From a virus (lineage: Duplodnaviria > Caudoviricetes): a stretch of DNA of 60,755 nt. The DNA lies in IMG/VR virus record IMGVR_UViG_3300024518_001962, positions 1 through 60,755 of that record; one strand, written 5' to 3'. This document shows positions 16,576 to 25,573 of this stretch, one piece after another (the stretch's first letter is position 1; every line of letters begins with the position of its first letter). Under the pieces are notes generated by a model. It had not been told where the DNA came from, made no database searches, and saw nothing but the letters and a program-made list of their open reading frames with translations. Made by a program: the position numbers and the translations under genes.

Positions 16576-17103
16576 TCAGAAGGGAATATCCGAATCATCA
16601 ATAGGGCCTGGAATCGCCGGATCTGTTGGGTTGGGCCACGGCATATCGGCATCTGTTACTGGCCCCGTGCGCGGCGGATCCGGCATGGGCGCAAGGCTAG
16701 TGCCGTCTGGGATGAGGCCACCACCAAATACGTTTGGCGGTGGAATAACATTGTCCTTAGCCTTATTGATCGCCTGTTGCGCCTTCTCAGCATCGCCGTC
16801 AGGGATTGGGGTGCTTACCTTGATATCAAAAAACAGGGGGTTGTCTCCATCTGGAATTTGCTCCAGCTTCATATTCTTTTCGAATTCAAGAATAGTGGTA
16901 ATGATAAGCCTTTTGATTTTATCTTCCGTGAGGTCAGACAACCTCAAACCCCAACCGAATTCACCCATCAGTTTTCCCATAGCAGGAAGACAGGCGCCCA
17001 GCGCGTGGTTTTCCTTTTCACCAAAGATGTCGAGAGCGGAGGTGTAGACCGTTTCCTCTCCCTTATTGAATTCCCACTTATCTACCATCTTAGAATTGGC
17101 CAC
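16576..17103 (-). CDS. DUF6511-like protein with SSB-like acidic tail
   Basis: MGKLMGEFGWGLRLSDLTEDKIKRLI; C-terminus DDSDIPF; usual position between helicase and nuclease. Confidence 0.6.
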   Translation of the reverse strand: MANSKMVDKWEFNKGEETVYTSALDIFGEKENHALGACLPAMGKLMGEFGWGLRLSDLTEDKIKRLIITTILEFEKNMKLEQIPDGDNPLFFDIKVSTPIPDGDAEKAQQAINKAKDNVIPPPNVFGGGLIPDGTSLAPMPDPPRTGPVTDADMPWPNPTDPAIPGPIDDSDIPF

Positions 17104-17548
17104 GATTATACCTCGCCACACACACCTTCCTGAGGAGGGTGATGTTCTTTAAGGAGCAATACCGAATAAACATTGCGTCCAGGGGCGAGGGTTTGCAGTT
17201 TTCCAGCATCCAGGCGGCCAGCCTCGTGATTACTACGTTGTAAGCTTTACTGTCATCTATCGAGGCAATAAGACTGGTCATGTGCGTAGAAACCTCCTGT
17301 AGCGTTGACCCGTACTTGCCACCCCGAATTTTGTGCGCAATCACCTTGCCGAATTTGTGGTAAATCTCCGGTGCTTTCACATCCATCTTGGATGTCACAT
17401 CACCACCAAGAGATAGATTCCCTCTGGCCACATGTGCGTGAGCTCTTTGTCGCCGCCAGCCCACTGACGAGGCGGCAGCCGTAACGCTATCCCCCTTATT
17501 CAGTCTGGATTGAATCTTTTTAAGCGTTGACTTCGTTTCTTTGTCCAT
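17090..17548 (-). CDS. Hypothetical protein with HTH-like N-terminus
   Basis: GDSVTAAASSVGWRRQRAH. Confidence 0.6.
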   Translation of the reverse strand: MDKETKSTLKKIQSRLNKGDSVTAAASSVGWRRQRAHAHVARGNLSLGGDVTSKMDVKAPEIYHKFGKVIAHKIRGGKYGSTLQEVSTHMTSLIASIDDSKAYNVVITRLAAWMLENCKPSPLDAMFIRYCSLKNITLLRKVCVARYNRGQF

Positions 17549-19328
17549 TTCCTCTCCTCTCCATTTCACTTTCTATGACGGTACCGAATTTCCGGTATCC
17601 TTTTGTAAACGAGATCATGCATGACGCTTCGTATGAGCTTTCAGGGTTCCCATCCCCGGCCTCCGGGTTCCACTGCATTTTCTTGAGCATCTCAAATTGC
17701 TTATTAGATGGTGGCTTGTGATGCCAGTGGGCCGACTTTTTCGATGAGGTATCATCCTCGTGGGTAGACATGTAATTATTGCAATGAGCAAAGGCTACTG
17801 CCTGTTTACCCACTCCCAGAATTTGCGCTTCCTTTTGCTTTTGCGGGATCCCGATGGCCATCCAGAGGTCTTTGGATATCTCGCCGATGGCTACCATATG
17901 CTCAAATCCATTTGCCACCATCGTGGTTATCGGGCATCCAGACATAAGTTTTGTGACCTCTACCCACCTGAATGGCGAGTTGCTTGTCAGGTTGACGGCC
18001 ACCATCTCGAAATTCTTTATCCTCACCTTTCCAGTTTCGGCATCCCCGCGCATATCCTTCTTGCTGGCCTCCTCTATGGCCTCGAAAATATGGGCACCAC
18101 AGCTAGGGCAATATTCGTCATTATCATGGACGATGACGATCTTCTCGCACTCAGGGCACCGAACATATACTGCGCTCTCGCCCTCTCCGCGCAGCGCCTT
18201 GATCTTTTCGAGGTTCACATCTGACCGGAGGGTGCCATGTGTTTTGATGCTGTCGCCGAAATCCAGCACCATGCAATCAACCTTGTCCATCCACATGTCT
18301 TTCTCTTCCACGATAGGCCGAAGGCCTCGGCCGATCATCTGGATCATCGTGGACTTGGCCGAACAGGAGCGCATGAGCATCACACAGTTGACGGTGGGGC
18401 AGTCGAACCCTTCAGTGAGGATCCCTACATTAAATAAAACCTGATGCTCACCCCTCTCAAACTGATCGGTGATGGCCGCATTCACCTTGTCTGGCAGGTG
18501 CGAGTGGATGAAGTGCGCCTTGTGACCTCTCTCATTAAAGAGGTCAGACATATCCACCGCCTCTTCAATGGTGGTGCAGAAGCAGATGGTGTGCCTCTTG
18601 GAGGCCATGCGCTCCCACTCCTCGGCGATGCGGTACCGCATAGGCTCATAAATGCCGGCCAGCTTCTCGTTCCGCGCTTTCTCGGACATCCTCTCATCGC
18701 GCAATCCATCTATTTCCTTGTCGAGGCCCATGCTAACCACGTAGCTATCGGGCGGCACGAGGTAGCCCATCTCGATCAAGAAATCGGTTTCAATCTTGTA
18801 GGCCACGTTCGTGAACACATCGCCAAGGCCTTTGCCGTCAGCCCTATCTGCCGTGGCCGTGAGGCCAATCACTTTCAGGTTGGGATTAACTTCCCGGTAA
18901 TGCTCGATGGTTTCCGTGTATGTATCTGCGGCGGCGTGGTGCGCCTCATCTATAATAAGATAGTCAATGACTGGGATGAGTTCGAAGTTGCCATCACCTG
19001 AGAGTGTCTGGACTGTAGCGAATATCACCTGCCCATTAACATTCTTCTCGTTACCTGTCAGGGTTCCGGTATTCAACAGGAAATCCGGCGCCACGCGCAA
19101 GAATTTCTCGGAGTTTTGCTTCACGAGGTTTAATCGATGCTGAAGAACTACGGCTATCCCTGACGAGAAGAGCGTGTCTTCGTTGTCACCTATTAAGCGT
19201 CTTATGATTTCGGATAAAATTATGGTCTTGCCAGCACCCGTGGGTGCGATGATTAGCGTATCGAAGAATTTAGCGATCGCCTTCAGTGCTTCCTTAACGC
19301 AGTCTTCTTGGTATTGACGTAAAATCAT
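17520..19328 (-). CDS. Superfamily 2 DEAH helicase with zinc finger
   Basis: LRQYQ, APTGAGKT, IIDEAHH, GLTAT, LTEGFDCP, QMIGRGLR, CPEC..CPSC. Confidence 0.95.
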   Translation of the reverse strand: MILRQYQEDCVKEALKAIAKFFDTLIIAPTGAGKTIILSEIIRRLIGDNEDTLFSSGIAVVLQHRLNLVKQNSEKFLRVAPDFLLNTGTLTGNEKNVNGQVIFATVQTLSGDGNFELIPVIDYLIIDEAHHAAADTYTETIEHYREVNPNLKVIGLTATADRADGKGLGDVFTNVAYKIETDFLIEMGYLVPPDSYVVSMGLDKEIDGLRDERMSEKARNEKLAGIYEPMRYRIAEEWERMASKRHTICFCTTIEEAVDMSDLFNERGHKAHFIHSHLPDKVNAAITDQFERGEHQVLFNVGILTEGFDCPTVNCVMLMRSCSAKSTMIQMIGRGLRPIVEEKDMWMDKVDCMVLDFGDSIKTHGTLRSDVNLEKIKALRGEGESAVYVRCPECEKIVIVHDNDEYCPSCGAHIFEAIEEASKKDMRGDAETGKVRIKNFEMVAVNLTSNSPFRWVEVTKLMSGCPITTMVANGFEHMVAIGEISKDLWMAIGIPQKQKEAQILGVGKQAVAFAHCNNYMSTHEDDTSSKKSAHWHHKPPSNKQFEMLKKMQWNPEAGDGNPESSYEASCMISFTKGYRKFGTVIESEMERRGNGQRNEVNA

Positions 19329-19342
19329 ACTGACCCCAGTGG

Positions 19343-19417
19343 GGCCAGCCCGGAGCGTGAAAGCCGTTTTTTACAGTATCGCAAAAGGAAGCCGATCCCT
19401 TATGCTCCGGGCTGGCC
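19343..19417. promoter_or_regulatory. Long intergenic hairpin upstream of helicase
   Basis: GGCCAGCCCGGAGC / GCTCCGGGCTGGCC 14-bp perfect inverted repeat. Confidence 0.6.
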
Positions 19418-19488
19418 GTGCGGTCATGATTGCCTTTATATAGAAACAGAGCCGCGGATACGCCCAGCAATCATGACACGATTAAAGT

Positions 19489-20199
19489 TTACCCAGCCCA
19501 GTCAGGGCGGGTGCCATCCGGGGCACCCGCAGGTGCGCCGGCCGGAGCCGCAGGTGGCGGCGTGAAGCCCATACCACCAGCCGCATTCGCTGGAGCGGCG
19601 CCCGGAGGTGCGGCGGCAGTTCCAATCGCTGGGGCTTGTGTGGCAGGAGCGCCCGGAGGCGCGGCCTGTGGTGGCCCGTTGTGCCAGTCAAACCAGTCTT
19701 TGTGATCGGGCGGGATGCCAGCTACGAGTTTGTTTTTGGCCCCATAGCCACCGCTGGCATCTTCCACGCCAACCTTTCCAAGGAAAACGATGCCATCCAA
19801 ATCCGCCCAGTCGTTTTGAAGGATGCGAGCCGCTGCGCTGTTTTGATCGTTCGCATCAGAGCGAATGCCACGCGCAGATTCGATAATCTGCCTTGTCAGG
19901 CGGCCAGTAACAACTGCGCCTTTCGATTGACCTTTGCCGTTCTGGGTTCCACCCTGGACGGTCTGGTTATTTCTGAACCAAGAATCTTTGTGATCCCCGT
20001 TCACAACAACGAACTTCCATTTCATGAAATACACGTTGGAGTTCGGCTGAGAGGAAGGGAAAAACAAATTACTAGCAGGATTTGCGTTCGCGGCATCTCT
20101 CTCAATTTCGAGCCTGAGAGTAAGTACCGTGTCTTTTGGAATAACTTCATGCTCACCAGAACCTGCATAATCTTCACCACCAAAATCTAATGGACTCAT
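19489..20199 (-). CDS. Single-stranded DNA-binding protein (DUF669-like)
   Basis: Follows AAA_24 ATPase; VIPKDT...FVVVNG...W...DLDGIVFLGKVGVE...KNKL; Pro/Ala tail ending RPDWAG. Confidence 0.7.
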   Translation of the reverse strand: MSPLDFGGEDYAGSGEHEVIPKDTVLTLRLEIERDAANANPASNLFFPSSQPNSNVYFMKWKFVVVNGDHKDSWFRNNQTVQGGTQNGKGQSKGAVVTGRLTRQIIESARGIRSDANDQNSAAARILQNDWADLDGIVFLGKVGVEDASGGYGAKNKLVAGIPPDHKDWFDWHNGPPQAAPPGAPATQAPAIGTAAAPPGAAPANAAGGMGFTPPPAAPAGAPAGAPDGTRPDWAG

Positions 20200-21080
20200 G
20201 ATACCTGCTCCTTTTCAGGGGGGGTAGACTCTTCCGATTCGGCAATCTCTGCCGGTGCGGGAAGGTCAAAGTTTAAAGACTTAAAGAGATCGGCTGATCT
20301 TGGCGCTTGTAGCTTCTTGATGAGGGCACCTAAATCCGGCTTCTCAACCACCTCCAGTTTTCCTGCCCTATCTTTTGCCGGTAAACCCCAAGGGTTTATT
20401 TTCCGGCAAACAAATGCGCGATAAGGATTCGGGGTGAATTCGTCCATGAGTGTCATCGTGATCAATTCATCCACGATGCCCGGAAGTTCATCTCCGGTTT
20501 TTGAACCCTCGATCTGGAGGTTGTAACTCTGGAAGCCATTGTCATCAGTTCGCTTGTTCAAGATCGACAAAAAGATGACATGCATGTGCCTGGCTTGCTG
20601 AAGCTGGGTAAGCCATTTCATCATATTTTGGCCGTGCGTTCCGTAGGCCTTTCGACCATCCTTCATGCCTTCAGCCGTGTTAGAGGTTTCCTGAAAAGAA
20701 AGACGGCCCGTGTGTGTCAGGCTGTCAACGAACAGGTATTCAAATAACCCTCCCTCAATCTTCTCGTAGAGGGCTTTGTATTTCTTTTTGCAATGCTCGA
20801 AATGCACTCCGCTGTACTGCGTTTTAATCTTGGCCAGTGCCGGGTTGACGCCACCAATCATTACAGCCAAATCCGTGCATTCTTCCCACGTTTTAGGCCG
20901 AACCGTAGTGCCTTCCCATTCATCCACCGCCAGATCGCCAGCTTCAAGATCGACAAAAAGCGTACTTTTGGGCGGAAGAGAAAAGAGTTGAGTTGTTTTC
21001 CCAATCCCATGAGAGCCAACAAGGGCAATCTTTTGCCCTCGCTTCTCCTTTTTTCTTTCCGTCTTGGTCACCATGTCCAT
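20196..21080 (-). CDS. AAA_24 / Sak4-like ATPase (ssDNA annealing)
   Basis: GSHGIGKTT, TLFVDLEAGDLAV, LFVDSLT, ELPGIVDELIT, PAKDRAG...EKPDLG. Confidence 0.85.
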   Translation of the reverse strand: MDMVTKTERKKEKRGQKIALVGSHGIGKTTQLFSLPPKSTLFVDLEAGDLAVDEWEGTTVRPKTWEECTDLAVMIGGVNPALAKIKTQYSGVHFEHCKKKYKALYEKIEGGLFEYLFVDSLTHTGRLSFQETSNTAEGMKDGRKAYGTHGQNMMKWLTQLQQARHMHVIFLSILNKRTDDNGFQSYNLQIEGSKTGDELPGIVDELITMTLMDEFTPNPYRAFVCRKINPWGLPAKDRAGKLEVVEKPDLGALIKKLQAPRSADLFKSLNFDLPAPAEIAESEESTPPEKEQVS

Positions 21081-21083
21081 AGC

Positions 21084-21557
21084 TTATCGCTCCTCTATTG
21101 AGAAGGTAGGCTCGGACGCTGTGACCGTACGGCCGCCATCCAGTTTATCCTTCACCATGGGCGCGGCCTTGTCGTACTCGGTTTCCTTGATGCTGAATTT
21201 CGCGTTGATGTAAGGTGCGGCTTCTGGATCGATCTTTTGCAGGTTTTCGAGATGCCCCTGATCCCACTCCACCTTCTTTTTGATGTTTATTTTGAGGGTG
21301 TGAAGTGGCCCGAAGTGCTGACTCACCGTTCCGGTGTCCTTGCCTTCAAGGGCAAAGAGATGTTTGGTTGTTGCGTGGTGATGTTTTGCTAGAAGGGATT
21401 GAACTCTTTTCTTTGCAGATTGGCCCAGCTTGATTGTTGCCTCGGCCAGTTCCATTACTTCTTTGCCGAATGCTGGATTGTAATCCTCGTCCGGCCCTAG
21501 TGTCTTCAGTATTTCTTCCAGTTCTTCCATGGAAGTCTGAAGCTTCGTCTTTGCCAT
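21084..21557 (-). CDS. Conserved hypothetical protein of the recombination module
   Basis: GKDTGTV...KKKVEWDQ..L...KFSIKETEY; directly upstream of Sak4-like gene. Confidence 0.7.
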   Translation of the reverse strand: MAKTKLQTSMEELEEILKTLGPDEDYNPAFGKEVMELAEATIKLGQSAKKRVQSLLAKHHHATTKHLFALEGKDTGTVSQHFGPLHTLKINIKKKVEWDQGHLENLQKIDPEAAPYINAKFSIKETEYDKAAPMVKDKLDGGRTVTASEPTFSIEER

Positions 21558-21730
21558 GTTTCTACTCCTCGCAGGGCGTAAATTTTGATCAGCTTGGCCT
21601 CGCCGCGCTTCTCGTTTTGCCGTGCATTTGGGAAATTAGAATTTACTGCGCTGCCGGAATTACCCGGCGATTCATGATGTTTCCTCCTTTAGTAAGTCCA
21701 TGGAACTAAATGTAAATTCAAGTGACATTA

Positions 21731-21759
21731 AACGTACACTCAAATAACAGGACAGTCAA
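21731..21759 (-). promoter_or_regulatory. Sigma70 promoter for the replication/recombination operon
   Basis: TTGACT-N17-TACGTT in an AT-rich intergenic region. Confidence 0.6.
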
Positions 21760-21760
21760 C

Positions 21761-22096
21761 CTATTTTACTTCAGTTATAAACACATCATATAGTGCCTCG
21801 ACAAGTTTTTTCTTCAACCTGTAGACTGGATTTTTTGCAGTATAATCAGATTTCACATCCTCAACGATGGTTTTCCCTTTAGAATCAACGTAAACGAAGT
21901 CTGCCAGGTAGTAACAAATCTTCGCGTCATTGACGATGCAATCAAATTTAACCTGCAATCTTAATTCGGTTATTTTGCCCTTATTAAGATCCTCTTTTAG
22001 TTGAAGGTAACGAATCGCTTCCTTTTGGGAATCGAAAGTGATACCGTCAGTGACCGTTTTCTTCGCACGGAATTTACTGTGAAACCTTCGTACCAT
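21761..22096 (-). CDS. DUF1064 family PD-(D/E)xK nuclease
   Basis: SKFRAKKTVTDGITFDSQKEA.RY..L...LQVKF...YYLADFVY...VEDVKS...YRLKKKL; start set at MVRRF. Confidence 0.85.
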   Translation of the reverse strand: MVRRFHSKFRAKKTVTDGITFDSQKEAIRYLQLKEDLNKGKITELRLQVKFDCIVNDAKICYYLADFVYVDSKGKTIVEDVKSDYTAKNPVYRLKKKLVEALYDVFITEVK

Positions 22097-22112
22097 GAGA
22101 GAGAGGCTCCAA

Positions 22113-22391
22113 ATGGATAGAAAAGAAGTTCTCCATATGACATCTGAGAAGATAAATGAACTGGCAGAAAGTGTACGCGATGAACTGGAAGTGTCAAAGC
22201 CGGAAGAAATTTTCGGAACGATCCTGATTTGCCTGACCAGGCAATTCAAGGCGGCGATTTCAGTGAGAGAGTTGGCCTACGGTTTGAATTCCGTTGCCGC
22301 CATGATTCTCGAGAACTCATCCGATGAAGATAAATTGTTCAGACAAATGTTTCCGCGCATGCCGGATGGGTTTAAGCCTACTGATAATTAA
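22113..22391 (+). CDS. Hypothetical protein, only credible plus-strand gene
   Basis: SD GAGAGG then ATG (MDRKEV); fills the gap between DUF1064 and the last ejection gene; tail-to-tail overlap at 22388-22391. Confidence 0.6.
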   Translation: MDRKEVLHMTSEKINELAESVRDELEVSKPEEIFGTILICLTRQFKAAISVRELAYGLNSVAAMILENSSDEDKLFRQMFPRMPDGFKPTDN

Positions 22392-25300
22392 TAATTTCCA
22401 CCAGCAGATGCTTTAATGCGCTCGAAAATTTTCTGCGTTCTGGTGTTTCTTCCCGCTATACCTAAATCGATTTCCTTCTCGACCTGCGGCGCCGCCTGTG
22501 GTGCGGCCTGCGGCGGTGCGGCCTGCGGTGCCGCCTGTGGTGGCGTTGGGTCTGCGATAGGATCGCCACCAGGTTCAACGCCAACAGGAGCTTCTCCTGC
22601 ACCTGCTCTTCTCGCTGACTCTTTGGTGATTTCCTGTAAAGAATTAAAATCTGCGCCTGTCTGGCCTTGTTCCGTAACAGTTGGATCTAACCCGATTTTT
22701 TCCAAAAGCTGGTTCAATGCATCCGGCTCGTTTGCTAACTCTGTTTTTATTTTGTCAAGAATTGGGCCTGCGTGGATAGTCGATCTACCCACCCCCCGCC
22801 AAGGCGGAACAGTCACTCCACCCATAAGCCATTTCTTTCCCCAACCTACTTGCATTAAAAGGTTGACGACCTTCATTTTACCAACAGTCGAAAGCCCTTT
22901 TATTAATTCGCCGCTCATTAATTGATGGATCACCATTCCGGCTTGAAGGCCACCAGCCGCACCAGCGGCTTGGTCTGCCCTTTGCCTTGACGCTGAAACG
23001 ATTGCAATATCTTTTAATTGGCTTATTCTTTCCGGGCCTATGATGGCATTTAACCTTACCTCGGAACTAGCGAAATCTTTACCGTATCCAGTTTGGAGTA
23101 GCTCTAGAAACTTATCTCCCTGTGCCATGGTGGCTGGCTTTCCTTCGCTTAACGCTTTAGCCACTTCCATTGCGGTTGGTTTTCGATAGGAATCCTGAAG
23201 AATCGTCTGGACGGCCTTATCCTGAATCGCACTGCGTAATTCTGGGGAAAATAACTCCATCACTTCTCGTATCTGCGCTGGGTTCCCGCTCTCCATCATG
23301 TGCCTGACGAACGCATCTGGCTGTATGGAAGACTCTCCAGTCTCACCTTTAACAAACTTCTTGAGAATTACATTTTGAAATAATTCTCTTTCTTTCGCTT
23401 CTATTTGAGCCGCTTTCTTTAGTCCACCTACAAGATTGTTCGGGTAATCCCTGACAACGCTAAGGGGAAGGTTTCCATGTTTCGCTTCTAATGCCTTGGT
23501 TAATTTCAGAATTTGCTTTCCATCATCGCCAAATACTATCTTGCGCATTTCAGGCCCCAACCCCCTGACCATCCTATATAAAGTCTTCGGATCGAAAGCA
23601 TCGTAGGCCATATTGTTTTGGGCCTTTTCGAGCATATCGTCAAAAATCCCTCTTCTGATTTGGCCCCATTCATCCGGCTTTAACATGGTTCTTAATTGCC
23701 GGGCCAGCTTTACGCTTCCCCTACCATTCGACAGTTTCTCGATAAGTCCAAGAGCATCAATTTGACCTGCCTGAGATGCCTCCCTAAAGAACCCTGCGAT
23801 TTCAGGTGTCTGGAATTGACCTGCGTTTTCCTTGTAAAACGAAGACGCATCATCCAGTGCTGAACCCAACAAACCTTTCTTGCCACCCGGAGCAAGGGCG
23901 ATACCAGCGTCCAGATCTTTTGTGAGAGCTTCACCTATTTTTTTTAAATATCTCGTGCTGATACCAGGCAGGCCCTCGCCTTTTTGGATAGCATCGTAAA
24001 CGATTTTTCGAGCTGAAATAATCGCCTCGAAAGTTTGCGTTTCACCCAGTTTTTCATGTCCCTGTAGAAATCGCCTAACTTCAGGCGGCATGTAAGCAGA
24101 TGAGGGTTTTCCTGGCGTGACCTGCTGAGTTGTAATGGGCCTACCGAATTGGTCAAGAATGCCAGTCGGAATATCCTCAACAACATCCTTTTCCTTCATC
24201 AGGTCTTTTATTATGTTCCTTGCCTCACCCTTGGTGTTTGACGTTGGGATGAAACTCCCGCCTTCTGGTACTTCAGTTTTGATAAGGGATCTAACCTGAT
24301 TATAGTATTTTTCAGCGGTATTCTTAAACCAATCCCTTTTCGCCAAGACGGCTTTCACACCCACATTACCAGCAGCCTCCGCTCCTTCAATAATTGGAAC
24401 GGCAGTGGTAGATGGAAGAAGCGTGGCCTCTTCTGGATCAAAAGATTTGCGGGGGGTGACCATGCCTTCCCTGACAGACTCCACTCCCTCGTGAACGGCT
24501 TTTTCTGTTTCGCCTCTTGCGGCAGTTGCTTGTGCTTGTGATGCTTTCACAGCACCATCTACTTGGTTGAGGATATCTTCCCCAACTTCCATGGCTGACA
24601 CCTGCCGTCCAGAGACATTCCCTTGCGCATTATTGAGCGCAGTCTCTTGCGCCTCCATGATTTTAGCCATATCGCCACTAGGGCCTGGAACCTTTGCGCC
24701 AGCCGACTCCTGCCGAAGAAGTATTGGTGAACCTAACTGCTGTCCAGGCGTTAATTCGATCTTTGAATTGGCTCTCGGGCCAATGCCTGCGTACGGAATT
24801 TCGCCGACTCTCTTTGCGGCATCTCTTATGGCAATATTTGCCGGGGCGTTCGCATCTCCGGCAAGCGGAGAAACGATAGTTTGCGCTCCACCCCTAAATA
24901 CCTTAAATAACCCACCAAAAAATGTCCCAAGGGCTGCGTCCCATGCGGTACCCCAAGCTCTTCTGATCGCTGTCTTCTCGAGATCGATAGGCACATCTCT
25001 TGCGTATTTGGCGGCAACCTCAACAGAACCAGCGGCTGCCTGACCACCAAAAGCGGTCAGAATAGACAGCCCGACAATCCCGCTCCATGTGAGAGCCGCT
25101 GCCGCTGCTGTTACGGTGGCAGGTGCGAAAATTGCCGCGGCGATTCCAACCCCAATGGCTCCAGCAGTCTCTATGGCAGAACCGGTAAAATCAGCGAGAT
25201 CTTTCCACTGAAGCCCTCTTTCATCGAAAAGTATTTCCTCTCCGTTGGGAGCCTTGAAAATATAATCGCCAGTTGAATTCTTTCTCCAATTCGGCCTACC

Positions 25301-25573
25301 TTCAGAGTCGTTCCCGAATATTTTTTGCATAATGGCGTCTTTTTCGGTTGGATGAAGTCCAACCTCGGCCCTTTGTGCGTACGAGGCTCCTTTTGTTAAA
25401 TTCACACCAGGATTTGCCGCCTCGTACGCTTTGAGTTCTTTTCTTTCCTTATGCTTCCAATAATCGCTTTGCTTGGGGCCAAGATCCATGCGATTCATTT
25501 CTTGCGCGCGAGATGGTGGCTTCTGTCCCGTGACCTTCGATGTAATACCTAAAAGAGTGTCAAAATCTGCCAT
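22388..25573 (-). CDS. Large internal virion / DNA ejection protein
   Basis: 1061 aa at end of virion module; Ala/Gly-rich hydrophobic segment; QAAP repeats near C-terminus. Confidence 0.7.
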   Translation of the reverse strand: MADFDTLLGITSKVTGQKPPSRAQEMNRMDLGPKQSDYWKHKERKELKAYEAANPGVNLTKGASYAQRAEVGLHPTEKDAIMQKIFGNDSEGRPNWRKNSTGDYIFKAPNGEEILFDERGLQWKDLADFTGSAIETAGAIGVGIAAAIFAPATVTAAAAALTWSGIVGLSILTAFGGQAAAGSVEVAAKYARDVPIDLEKTAIRRAWGTAWDAALGTFFGGLFKVFRGGAQTIVSPLAGDANAPANIAIRDAAKRVGEIPYAGIGPRANSKIELTPGQQLGSPILLRQESAGAKVPGPSGDMAKIMEAQETALNNAQGNVSGRQVSAMEVGEDILNQVDGAVKASQAQATAARGETEKAVHEGVESVREGMVTPRKSFDPEEATLLPSTTAVPIIEGAEAAGNVGVKAVLAKRDWFKNTAEKYYNQVRSLIKTEVPEGGSFIPTSNTKGEARNIIKDLMKEKDVVEDIPTGILDQFGRPITTQQVTPGKPSSAYMPPEVRRFLQGHEKLGETQTFEAIISARKIVYDAIQKGEGLPGISTRYLKKIGEALTKDLDAGIALAPGGKKGLLGSALDDASSFYKENAGQFQTPEIAGFFREASQAGQIDALGLIEKLSNGRGSVKLARQLRTMLKPDEWGQIRRGIFDDMLEKAQNNMAYDAFDPKTLYRMVRGLGPEMRKIVFGDDGKQILKLTKALEAKHGNLPLSVVRDYPNNLVGGLKKAAQIEAKERELFQNVILKKFVKGETGESSIQPDAFVRHMMESGNPAQIREVMELFSPELRSAIQDKAVQTILQDSYRKPTAMEVAKALSEGKPATMAQGDKFLELLQTGYGKDFASSEVRLNAIIGPERISQLKDIAIVSASRQRADQAAGAAGGLQAGMVIHQLMSGELIKGLSTVGKMKVVNLLMQVGWGKKWLMGGVTVPPWRGVGRSTIHAGPILDKIKTELANEPDALNQLLEKIGLDPTVTEQGQTGADFNSLQEITKESARRAGAGEAPVGVEPGGDPIADPTPPQAAPQAAPPQAAPQAAPQVEKEIDLGIAGRNTRTQKIFERIKASAGGNY

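Noticed and set aside
22485-22545. Tandem GC-rich repeat as a regulatory element
   Set aside because: Encodes a (P)QAAP low-complexity linker within the CDS
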